This document shows, piece after piece, positions 42,171 through 50,878 of a stretch of 64,000 nt of DNA. Made by a program: the position numbers and the translations under genes. Numbering within the stretch: the stretch's first letter is position 1; each line of letters starts with the position of its first letter. The DNA is from an uncultured Fidelibacterota bacterium (lineage in GTDB: Bacteria > Fidelibacterota > Marinisomatia > Marinisomatales > Marinisomataceae): NCBI GenBank assembly GCA_902526795.1, contig CABZMF010000001.1, positions 199,458 through 263,457 of the forward strand, given 5' to 3'. The notes under the pieces are model-generated. The model saw only the letters and a list, made by a program, of their open reading frames with translations. It was not told the origin of the DNA and ran no database searches.

Positions 42171-43220
42171 CTACTCACTAATTAAAATATATGCTTCAAC
42201 AGCATCATTCACAGTAATATCTCCACCATCAACATCAAGCATCAAACTACCAGAGCCTCCAGCTGATGGATCTAGATTAATACCTACTAATGTATCAACC
42301 GAACCATTTAAAGTAAAGTTTACGGTTGCAATTACCCCATCTCCATCATTTGATGGAAGATCACTTGATAGAGATGATGTATAAATAATAAGTCTATTTA
42401 CTCCAGGATTACTTGTGGTAACTATTAGTGGATCAGTATCTCCCTTTAAAAAGTCTCCTGCTGTTACACTGTCATATGTCATTAAACTATTGTCGTAAAA
42501 TATTACAACTTGAGCAGCTGCCATTCCGGTAACTCCCAAAACTTTAACGTCAAGTGAAAACGATGATCCGCTTGAAACTTCAAGATATTTAGGATCTAAA
42601 ACAAATGCAGGGGTTTGAACATCTTCAACTGTAATAAATGCAGGAGCAGTATATGTTACAGTCCCACCATCTCCAGTAACAGATAAACTTACATCAAATG
42701 TTCCAGATGTAGTATAAGTGTGTATTGGATTTGTGTCAGAGCTTGTATTACCATCCCCAAAGTCCCAAGAAGAGGATGAGTATCTTATTGACTCGTTTGT
42801 GAACTCAACTCTTAAATCTTTTTTACCTGAAGTGGTATTAGCTGAAAATACGGCTGTAGGGGGTGTTGGTGAAACATTTATATAATTAGTTTTAGTTTCA
42901 ACATCAGTACCATTGGGACCAGTTGCAGTAAGTGAGACAGTATATGTTCCAGCTTCATTGTATGTATATTGTACAAGAACTCCTGATGCATCTAATATAC
43001 CATCACCATTAAAATCCCACTCATGTCCAGTAGTATTTGTTGATGTAGAAGTAAATGTAACAGCTAATGGAGCTCCACCGCTTAATGGATTTGCTGTAAA
43101 AAGTGCGACAGGAGGATCATTGCTAGGACCAGTGCCTCCGGAATCATCTCCACCGCCTCCACCGCCACCGCAGTTTATAAGGAATAAAAGTATAAATAGT
43201 GATAATGCTTTTTTGAACAT
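42171..43220 (-). CDS. Lipoprotein with poly-Gly linker, two PKD domains and a C-terminal cohesin-like domain
   Basis: Lipobox LINC followed by G7; WDFNGDG and WDFGDG PKD motifs; cohesin pattern F.LDV.V..V..MAAAQ..I.YD..L.....V.AGDFL...GDGVIATVNF. Confidence 0.82.
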   Translation of the reverse strand: MFKKALSLFILLFLINCGGGGGGGDDSGGTGPSNDPPVALFTANPLSGGAPLAVTFTSTSTNTTGHEWDFNGDGILDASGVLVQYTYNEAGTYTVSLTATGPNGTDVETKTNYINVSPTPPTAVFSANTTSGKKDLRVEFTNESIRYSSSSWDFGDGNTSSDTNPIHTYTTSGTFDVSLSVTGDGGTVTYTAPAFITVEDVQTPAFVLDPKYLEVSSGSSFSLDVKVLGVTGMAAAQVVIFYDNSLMTYDSVTAGDFLKGDTDPLIVTTSNPGVNRLIIYTSSLSSDLPSNDGDGVIATVNFTLNGSVDTLVGINLDPSAGGSGSLMLDVDGGDITVNDAVEAYILISE

Positions 43221-43282
43221 TAGAAAATGTACGATAAAACATTGCTTGTTATCAATGATTAATTAACAATAAACATAAAATG

Positions 43283-44365
43283 TTAGATTCGTGTTATTTT
43301 CACATTTCTTGAAGATAAATATGATATTAAAAACTCAATGCATTTATCATTTTCACCCACAAATTCAGGAGGGTAGACTCCTTTTTTCTCCCAAAGATTA
43401 TTTAATAGCATATTTATAGTTGCAGTTGCTGTAAAGCCAGTTGTTCTGGCCATGGATGAAGATTTTGAATTAATATCATTTTCGTCATAAAGATGATAAT
43501 GAATGTTTTTTTCTTCCGAAAAAATATTAATGTTCAAAACTGTAAATTCAGGTTCATCATCTTCCAGTCTCCACTCTTCAAAGAGTTTATTAATAGTGCT
43601 TTCAAAATTATTATTATCAAATAATCCTTTATTTATCATGGACTTTATTAATTCAGCATGCCCAGGATACCTAAGAGTTTTTTCTTTCATATTTGGAATG
43701 TGCTTCATTGTTTTTATTAGTGATCGTAATCCATCAGTATTAAATGCTTCTAATTTACCCACACGATCAATTTCTATCACTTTAATATCAGTTAGGGCCG
43801 GTTTTGTAATTATTTTTGAATCTATCATCATCCTTGCTGGACGAGTATACTCTTCTATAACATCAATTGGAGAGAAAGGCGCTTTATAATTGAATGGAGG
43901 TATTGGATTTTTTGGAAGTCCTCCAACAGAATAATCAAAAGAGTGAATTTTTATTTTATTGTTCCAATACCCTAGAAGAAAATTTGGAATTCCAGGAGCA
44001 ACACCAGCATCGACAATTGCGGTAACACCTTTTTCTTTAGCTAAGTCATCAAGCTGTAAAATATTTTCAGGTGAAAAAGAAATATCTACAACATCTTTTC
44101 CACATTCTATAATTGTTTGCAGTGCTTCATATCCTAAAAACCCAGGAACTGCTAAAAGAACAATATCAGCATCACTTATCCATAAACTCAGCGAATCTTT
44201 ATCTTGTACATCAATTTTATTTATGTGTATGGATTCATTTTGTTCTTTAATTGATTCTAATAAATCTAGATTTGAATCTCCTAAGTGAACTTGATATTCT
44301 TTGGATAATTCAAGCGCCATGGTTTTACCAACTAGACCAGCACCCACTTGAAAAATTTTTTTCAT
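43283..44365 (-). CDS. Saccharopine dehydrogenase family protein (lysine 6-dehydrogenase-like)
   Basis: GAGLVG, DAGVAPG, VGGLP..P.PP..YKAPFSP..V.EEY.RPA, EAFNTDGL, KTLRYPGH. Confidence 0.88.
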   Translation of the reverse strand: MKKIFQVGAGLVGKTMALELSKEYQVHLGDSNLDLLESIKEQNESIHINKIDVQDKDSLSLWISDADIVLLAVPGFLGYEALQTIIECGKDVVDISFSPENILQLDDLAKEKGVTAIVDAGVAPGIPNFLLGYWNNKIKIHSFDYSVGGLPKNPIPPFNYKAPFSPIDVIEEYTRPARMMIDSKIITKPALTDIKVIEIDRVGKLEAFNTDGLRSLIKTMKHIPNMKEKTLRYPGHAELIKSMINKGLFDNNNFESTINKLFEEWRLEDDEPEFTVLNINIFSEEKNIHYHLYDENDINSKSSSMARTTGFTATATINMLLNNLWEKKGVYPPEFVGENDKCIEFLISYLSSRNVKITRI

Positions 44366-44374
44366 TGACAGTTG

Positions 44375-44448
<74 letters not shown>

Positions 44449-44455
44449 AAAATTA

Positions 44456-44668
44456 TTACTTATATAATAAGGCTAAAGGAATAATTACCAAATAGCCAAC
44501 TAATAATAGAAGTGGAGAAATTACTAAGCTTTGAAAGCTATTAACATCTCCCAGGTACATTATCAAATAACCCACAATTATAACGAAAACTCCAAAACCA
44601 AACAAAAGATAATTTTTTCTTTTATAAGGCCATAAAAACTTCACTTTTGTTCTACTATCTTCTTTCAT
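44456..44668 (-). CDS. Small 2-TM protein (DUF3098-like)
   Basis: RKNYLLFGFGVFVIIVGYLIM...SP.LLLVGYLVIIP.ALLYK; start moved to the Met at 44668. Confidence 0.7.
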   Translation of the reverse strand: MKEDSRTKVKFLWPYKRKNYLLFGFGVFVIIVGYLIMYLGDVNSFQSLVISPLLLLVGYLVIIPLALLYK

Positions 44669-44761
44669 AATCGTTAAGTTAGTTGCGATATTTATTCTTT
44701 GCAAAAATATTATTACATCCATTGATTTGAAAATATAAATAAGGTAATTTCTAGCCCTTAT

Positions 44762-45751
44762 ATGAAAGTAATGAATACCACAAATTCTTTGGTTTTAGCA
44801 ACATTTATTATCGTTATAACGATGCTTTATTCTATAAACAATAGAACGATAAATCCTACAATTTTAACAATTGAAAAAGGAATGTCTTTAAGTACTGTTT
44901 CTCAATTATTACATCAAAAAAATATAATTGTAAGCCAGGATATTTTTAAAGCAAAGGTTATGTTAAGAGGTTTAGCTTCAAAAATACCAACCGGTAAATT
45001 TTTGCTAGAAGGAAAGGTTTCTGATTCAGTTTTAATTGATTCAATTTTTTATGAAGGTCCAATCAAATTAAAACTTACTATTCCGGAAGGTTTACAATCT
45101 GATCAAATATTTCAAAATATTAATTTGTTGCTTAAAACTAATTATGATTTTAAAAAATATTTTAATTCTAAAGAGATAATACAAGATTTTAATATTAAAG
45201 GTAAAAGTCTTGAGGGTTACCTTTATCCAGATACATATTATTTATATCACGATTCTTTGCCAGATGAGATCATTAATATTTTACTTACAGAATTTTGGAA
45301 GCGATTTGATAAAAATTTAATTAATAGAACGAATCAACTAGGACTTTCAGTACATCAGGTTGTAACTTTGGCGTCGATTATTGAAGGCGAAGCTATGTTA
45401 AGTAGCGAGCGTAAAACAATTTCTTCAGTATATCACAATAGATTAAAAATAAATATGAAGTTACAAGCAGATCCAACAATACAATATATCATTCCTGGAC
45501 CCCCTAAGACGTTATCCAATAGAGATTTAAGAATTAAATCTGATTATAATACTTACCAAAATTATGGTTTGCCACCAGGTCCCATTAATAATCCAGGCAT
45601 TGAATCAATTATAGCTGCGCTTTATCCAGAGGATACAAATTTTTTATTTTTTGTGGCTCAAGGTGACGGTTCACACGCTTTCACAACAAACGAAAAGGAT
45701 CATGAAGAGGCTAAAAGGATTTATAAAATTAATAAAAGAAATAATAGATGA
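44762..45751 (+). CDS. mltG: Endolytic transglycosylase MltG
   Basis: LEGYLYPDTY, LASIIE.E, NRL...M.LQADPT, YNTY...GLPPGPI.NPG. Confidence 0.95.
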   Translation: MKVMNTTNSLVLATFIIVITMLYSINNRTINPTILTIEKGMSLSTVSQLLHQKNIIVSQDIFKAKVMLRGLASKIPTGKFLLEGKVSDSVLIDSIFYEGPIKLKLTIPEGLQSDQIFQNINLLLKTNYDFKKYFNSKEIIQDFNIKGKSLEGYLYPDTYYLYHDSLPDEIINILLTEFWKRFDKNLINRTNQLGLSVHQVVTLASIIEGEAMLSSERKTISSVYHNRLKINMKLQADPTIQYIIPGPPKTLSNRDLRIKSDYNTYQNYGLPPGPINNPGIESIIAALYPEDTNFLFFVAQGDGSHAFTTNEKDHEEAKRIYKINKRNNR

Positions 45752-47913
45752 AATTAAAAGATTTAAATACTCAACAACTAGAAGCAGTTCAAATAGTTGA
45801 CAAACCAGTGTTAGTTTTTGCAGGAGCAGGAAGCGGAAAAACTCGTGTCCTCACTTACAAGGTTTGGTATTTGATTAAGGAGAAGCTTTTTAAGCCCCAA
45901 GAAATTTTAGCACTTACTTTTACCAATAAAGCCGCCTCAGAAATGAAGCTAAGAATTCAAGAAAATATATCTAGTGAGGGAGTAAATGTGGGAACATTTC
46001 ATTCCGTAGGAGCTCGAATGTTGCGAATGAATATTTCATCTCTTAAAGAAGGATATAATTCAAGTTTTACCATTTATGATACATCAGATCAAAAAGCAGT
46101 TATAAAAGAAGTTTTAGAAAGTTTAAATCTCTCTGAGTTTAAAGAATTAAATGTGAGTTTTCTTAAATCACAAATTGACAAGTTTAAAAATACTAACACC
46201 TCTATTAAAAAAATGGAGCAAGATGCTCAAACGTTCGAAGATGAAAAGATTATTGAGGTTTATAAAGCTTATTGTGATAGATTAAAGTCAAATAATGCAC
46301 TTGATTTCAACGATTTACTTTTACTTCCAATAAGACTATTAAAAGAAAATTCTAAAATTTTAAATTTTTACCAAAAAACTTGGAAATATGTACTAGTTGA
46401 TGAATTTCAGGATACAAATTCCCCTCAATTTGAAATAGTTTCGCTTCTAGCTGGAAAACATCAAAATATTACTGTAGTAGGAGATGATGACCAATCAATT
46501 TATGGTTGGAGAGGAGCTAACATAGATAATATTTTAACCAATTTTCAAGATACTTTTGCAAAAAATATCGAAATAAAACTTATAAAAAATTATAGATCAA
46601 CACAAAGAATCTTAGATGGTGCATGGTCTGTTGTTTCCAATAACAAAAATAGAGCTGAAAAAAAATTAGAAGCTACTAGAGGCAAAGGTGAAAAAATTTC
46701 GCTTATTTCAGCTGGAAGTGATGAAGAAGAATCAAACGCAATTTGTGACTCAATAAAATCAGAAATAAAACTTAACAAAAATACATTTAAGGACTTTGCA
46801 GTACTATATAGAACTAATGCTCAGTCCAGGTCTATTGAGCAAGCAATGGTAAAAGAAGGTTTGCCTTATAACATTGTTGGAGGAACAAAGTTTTATGACA
46901 GAAAAGAAATAAAAGACGTTTTAGCCTATTTAACTTTAGTAGCAAATAATAATGATGATATTGCACTAAGAAGAATAATTAATTTTCCAGTAAGGGGTAT
47001 TGGAGAAAAATCAATTAATATGTTTGTTGATTTAGCCATGAAGAAGAAAATTTCTTTATTTGACAGTTTAACATTTTGTAGAGATTTAAAATTGAGAGGT
47101 AAACAGCAAGATTCAATCGAAAATTTTTATACTTCTATTAAAAAATTTAGTGAATTATTAGAAACTTTAGATCCAAAAGAATTGATTAGAACCCTACTAG
47201 AAGAATTCAATATTGAAAATTATTATAAGAATAATCCCGTTGAGCAGGATCGTTATGACAACATTCAAGAATTAAAAACTTCTGTAGATAAATTTTCTGA
47301 TCAAGTTGGCGGTAACTTAAAAGATTTCCTTCAAGAAATTTCTCTCTTTACTGATATTGATGAATGGGATGATAAAGAGAATTCAATAACGCTGATGACA
47401 GTTCATGCTGCTAAAGGACTTGAATTTCCTACAGTATTTATTAGCGGTTTAGAACAGGGTCTTTTTCCTCTTATTAGAATTGATGATGGACCCGATCAAA
47501 TGGAAGAAGAAAGAAGACTGTTTTACGTTGCTGTTACACGAGCTATGAATCAAGTTTACCTTTTAAATGCAAAATACAGAAGGCGATTTGGAGCTATGAA
47601 TACAAACTCATTTGTTCAATCAGATTTTTTGAGTGAAATTGATGAGGATGTGGTAAAATTAAAATCATACAAATCAGTATATACTAGAAGAGTTGTAGGA
47701 ACTGGTAGCCAGAAAAAAATTAAAATTTCTAGAACAGTGACTGAGTTTGATGATTTCAAAATTGGAGATAAAGTTCAGCATAATCTTTTTGGTGTTGGAA
47801 CCATTCTTGTTTTAAGTGGCACTGGAGAGAATCAAAAAGTTGGTGTTGAATTTGATGGAGGTTTAAGAAAAAAATTGATTGTTAAGTACGCTCGATTAAA
47901 AAAAATAGATTAA
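45748..47913 (+). CDS. pcrA: ATP-dependent DNA helicase PcrA/UvrD
   Basis: AGAGSGKT, TFTNKAA.EM, VDEFQDTN, VGDDDQSIY.WRGA, NYRST, MTVHAAKGLEF, EEERRLFYVA.TRA, C-terminal tudor-like domain. Confidence 0.93.
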   Translation: MKLKDLNTQQLEAVQIVDKPVLVFAGAGSGKTRVLTYKVWYLIKEKLFKPQEILALTFTNKAASEMKLRIQENISSEGVNVGTFHSVGARMLRMNISSLKEGYNSSFTIYDTSDQKAVIKEVLESLNLSEFKELNVSFLKSQIDKFKNTNTSIKKMEQDAQTFEDEKIIEVYKAYCDRLKSNNALDFNDLLLLPIRLLKENSKILNFYQKTWKYVLVDEFQDTNSPQFEIVSLLAGKHQNITVVGDDDQSIYGWRGANIDNILTNFQDTFAKNIEIKLIKNYRSTQRILDGAWSVVSNNKNRAEKKLEATRGKGEKISLISAGSDEEESNAICDSIKSEIKLNKNTFKDFAVLYRTNAQSRSIEQAMVKEGLPYNIVGGTKFYDRKEIKDVLAYLTLVANNNDDIALRRIINFPVRGIGEKSINMFVDLAMKKKISLFDSLTFCRDLKLRGKQQDSIENFYTSIKKFSELLETLDPKELIRTLLEEFNIENYYKNNPVEQDRYDNIQELKTSVDKFSDQVGGNLKDFLQEISLFTDIDEWDDKENSITLMTVHAAKGLEFPTVFISGLEQGLFPLIRIDDGPDQMEEERRLFYVAVTRAMNQVYLLNAKYRRRFGAMNTNSFVQSDFLSEIDEDVVKLKSYKSVYTRRVVGTGSQKKIKISRTVTEFDDFKIGDKVQHNLFGVGTILVLSGTGENQKVGVEFDGGLRKKLIVKYARLKKID

Positions 47914-47939
47914 ACAATCAAATTAATGTAATTTGACAT

Positions 47940-48404
47940 ATGCAAAATTTAATACCATGTAGATTTCATATTGAGGTTGAAGCTGTTCTTAAAAGTGAAG
48001 GCTTGAGAGCAACTAAACAACGTTTAAACATTTGGGATGAATTATCTTCAACAGATAAACATCGTGATATTGAAACAATTCTTGCAGACCTCAAAAAGAA
48101 AAAAATCAATGTATCAAGAGCAACTTTATATAGAACAATTGATGTTTTTGTTAAACATAATCTTCTAAAAAAGATAACTTTAGATAACGGTAAATTCTTA
48201 TACGAGCATAACAAAAAAACAATTACACCTCAACATGATCATATTGTTTGTGAAGATTGTGGAGAAATATTTGAATTTTATGATAATGAAATTTCTTCAA
48301 TTGAGAATAAAATCGCGGATGATTTGAATCTCAATGTCACAAAACGTGTTCATCAATTATCTGGAACTTGTAAAGATAATCAATGTTCACATTCAAAAAA
48401 TTAG
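47940..48404 (+). CDS. Fur family transcriptional regulator
   Basis: R.TKQR, VSRATLYRT, HDHIVCEDCG...EF, G.C...C. Confidence 0.9.
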   Translation: MQNLIPCRFHIEVEAVLKSEGLRATKQRLNIWDELSSTDKHRDIETILADLKKKKINVSRATLYRTIDVFVKHNLLKKITLDNGKFLYEHNKKTITPQHDHIVCEDCGEIFEFYDNEISSIENKIADDLNLNVTKRVHQLSGTCKDNQCSHSKN

Positions 48405-48408
48405 TTCA

Positions 48409-49290
48409 ATGAAATCTATCCTTATTTCAAGCTTAGTAGCTGATATGAAGCTTCAAGGTTTTTATTTATGTCTTGAAAAAAAGTCTCAAAAGAAAAAAGA
48501 TGGATCAACATATTTAAATTTATTACTTCAAGATAAATCAGGGTTAGTTAGAGCAAGAATTTGGAATAATGTTCAAAGACTTTCTAAGAAATTTAATAAT
48601 GGAGATCCGGTTGCTGTCAAGGGAGTTACTTATAAGTATGGTGAAAGTATATTTTTAAAAATTGATAACATTTCTCGCGCAGATGAAAAAAAGTATAGTC
48701 AATATGGCTTTAAGCCGTCGGACTTGATACCTACATCAAAGAAAAAACCAAATGATTTATGGAAAGAATTACAAGCTGAAGTGAATTTAATTTCAAAGGG
48801 CCACCTAAAGAAAATAACAAAAAATATTTTAAGAGATCATAAAAATAAGTTCAAGATTTATCCAGCAAGTATTTCTTATCATTATAACTATCAAAATGGA
48901 TTAATTGAGCAAACAGTTTCTCTGCTAAAAATTGCAAAGCAAATTGGTGAACACTATGACATTGATATAGATTTGCTAGTTTCAGGAGTATGCCTTCATC
49001 AAATCGGAAAACTTTATTCAATAAACCTCGGTTCTGAAATTTCCAAAGCTAACCATAAGTCTTTGGTTGGTAATGCTATCCTTTCAAGGGACGTTGTCAA
49101 TAAGTATATATCTGAAATAAATAATTTTCCGGAAGATGATAAGCTTCAATTAGAACATTTAATCTTATCATATCAAGGTCGAAAAGAGTGGCAGAGCCCT
49201 GTTGAACCTCAGACGCTTGAGGCAGTATTATTACATTCAATAAATTTTTTAGACTCTAAAATCAATTTTATGAGAAGAGATGAGTTGTAA
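48409..49290 (+). CDS. YhaM/CBF1-like OB-fold plus HD-domain protein with degenerate active site
   Basis: N-terminal OB fold (G..YL.L.L.D.SG...ARIW); HD motifs read EQT, LHQIGK, LSYQG, HSINFLD; start moved to the Met at 48409. Confidence 0.8.
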   Translation: MKSILISSLVADMKLQGFYLCLEKKSQKKKDGSTYLNLLLQDKSGLVRARIWNNVQRLSKKFNNGDPVAVKGVTYKYGESIFLKIDNISRADEKKYSQYGFKPSDLIPTSKKKPNDLWKELQAEVNLISKGHLKKITKNILRDHKNKFKIYPASISYHYNYQNGLIEQTVSLLKIAKQIGEHYDIDIDLLVSGVCLHQIGKLYSINLGSEISKANHKSLVGNAILSRDVVNKYISEINNFPEDDKLQLEHLILSYQGRKEWQSPVEPQTLEAVLLHSINFLDSKINFMRRDEL

Positions 49291-50878
49291 AAATTTTTTA
49301 TCAATTTATTTTTTATCATCTATCCTTTTATCTCAAGAAGAAATACCATTTGATGTATCAAAACATTTTGCAGTTATCCTTGATAACAATCAATTAATTT
49401 GGAATTTAGACCAGTCTTTTGAAAAATTATTAATTGACAGATCCTCAAAAAACTTTAGAAATAAATTTACAAATTTAACTTTTGAAGAACTTCCTGAAGA
49501 CTCATCATACGTTAAAAGCAAATTTATTTATGAATTTGGTGACTATGGTTTTGATAAGCTTAGTATAGGTTTAAAGAAGAATTCTAAAGATGAAATTTTT
49601 CAATTTAAAGGACAAAAGAAAAGTTTTTTTGGACAATACTCTGAATTTGCTGATTCTGAAAAACCGCCATTAAGCTTATTTTACAAATTTAATTATTCTA
49701 GGAATTTTAAAAATAATAAAATTTATTCCACTCTTGGATATTTTAGAGATGAATCAGGTTTTTATTTTAATTTACCATCAGAAATAGATTCATCTTCAAA
49801 TAGTGAATTTTCAGACTTTATTTCTCTAACTATTGGAAATAGCTTTGTAAAAAGAGACCATCATTTTGATATCAGATTAAACCACTTAAGTAAATATGAG
49901 TCATCCCAAATTTCTCAATATTCTTTAAATAATAAGTATGATTTAGATAGAAATAGAATAAGTACTCACATACACAATGGAAATTTTCTTTCTTTAAAAA
50001 TTGCACTCGATAATAAGCATTACAAAAATGAAAGATTAAATACAGGTTTTTCAAGAAATTCATTTATAATAACAAATGCTAATAATTTTAGTTTTGGAAA
50101 TTTCGTTTATGGAATAGATTTTATTGAAGATAAAATCAAACCAAACTTTCTCTACAGAAATATTTTCCGCTCATTAAGCATTTTTTATGAAATAAAAAAC
50201 CAAGCATCAATGGTTGTGATAGATTCCTATGACTTTAACCATACAGGGCAGTTTGAAGGCAAGGATATAGAAACCTGGCAAACTATTTCAACATCATATG
50301 TTTTAAGTCAAAAGATTGATTTATCTACTACTTTAAAATACGTTCGTGCTACTAATTTCGTTATTCCAAATGATTTAGGAGATGTATTTATTCCTGAGGC
50401 TGAAAGGTATAAATTTGAAGATGATCAAATGATGTCCCTTCAAACTAAATTTTCAATCCCATTTAAATACGGTTCATTAAATCTGAATCACTCCTACAAC
50501 TTTTATGATAGTTTAATTAGCTCAAATAGACCTCATATTTTTGCTTTTGATTATCTTTTTAGTTTATCATTTATTAATGACAATTTGGGAATCAAGGGAA
50601 AACTCAGTTTGCAATACATGTCAAGAAATAATTCCCAATATAGTTTTAATTATTTTAAAAATATGCCTCAAAGGAAAAATAGTATTAATTCTGACGATTA
50701 TTTAAATATCTCTCTTAGTACAGAAATTGCCATATCCGATGTACTATTGACAATTAGACTGAATAATGCCCTAAATAAGTTAAATGATACGGAAGATTAC
50801 TCATTAAGAAATCATGAATTTTTTAATCCAATTAGTAGCTTATTAACATTTGGAATTATCTGGGAATTTGACGACTAG
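49280..50878 (+). CDS. Hypothetical outer-membrane beta-barrel protein (putative porin-like)
   Basis: Signal-like N-terminus, aromatic-rich amphipathic strands, terminal strand TFGIIWEFDD. Confidence 0.55.
   Translation: MSCKNFLSIYFLSSILLSQEEIPFDVSKHFAVILDNNQLIWNLDQSFEKLLIDRSSKNFRNKFTNLTFEELPEDSSYVKSKFIYEFGDYGFDKLSIGLKKNSKDEIFQFKGQKKSFFGQYSEFADSEKPPLSLFYKFNYSRNFKNNKIYSTLGYFRDESGFYFNLPSEIDSSSNSEFSDFISLTIGNSFVKRDHHFDIRLNHLSKYESSQISQYSLNNKYDLDRNRISTHIHNGNFLSLKIALDNKHYKNERLNTGFSRNSFIITNANNFSFGNFVYGIDFIEDKIKPNFLYRNIFRSLSIFYEIKNQASMVVIDSYDFNHTGQFEGKDIETWQTISTSYVLSQKIDLSTTLKYVRATNFVIPNDLGDVFIPEAERYKFEDDQMMSLQTKFSIPFKYGSLNLNHSYNFYDSLISSNRPHIFAFDYLFSLSFINDNLGIKGKLSLQYMSRNNSQYSFNYFKNMPQRKNSINSDDYLNISLSTEIAISDVLLTIRLNNALNKLNDTEDYSLRNHEFFNPISSLLTFGIIWEFDD

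Noticed and set aside
37462-43220. Slightly higher GC as evidence of horizontal transfer
   Set aside because: Explained by Gly/Ala/Thr/Ser-rich secreted-protein composition; no flanking repeats or mobility genes
42913-43266. 117-aa + strand ORF with poly-Pro
   Set aside because: Antisense mirror of the poly-Gly linker of the cohesin lipoprotein
43246-43269. Inverted repeat TTGTTA-N12-TAACAA upstream of the cohesin operon
   Set aside because: Only 6-bp arms in very AT-rich DNA; could be an operator but is not distinguishable from chance
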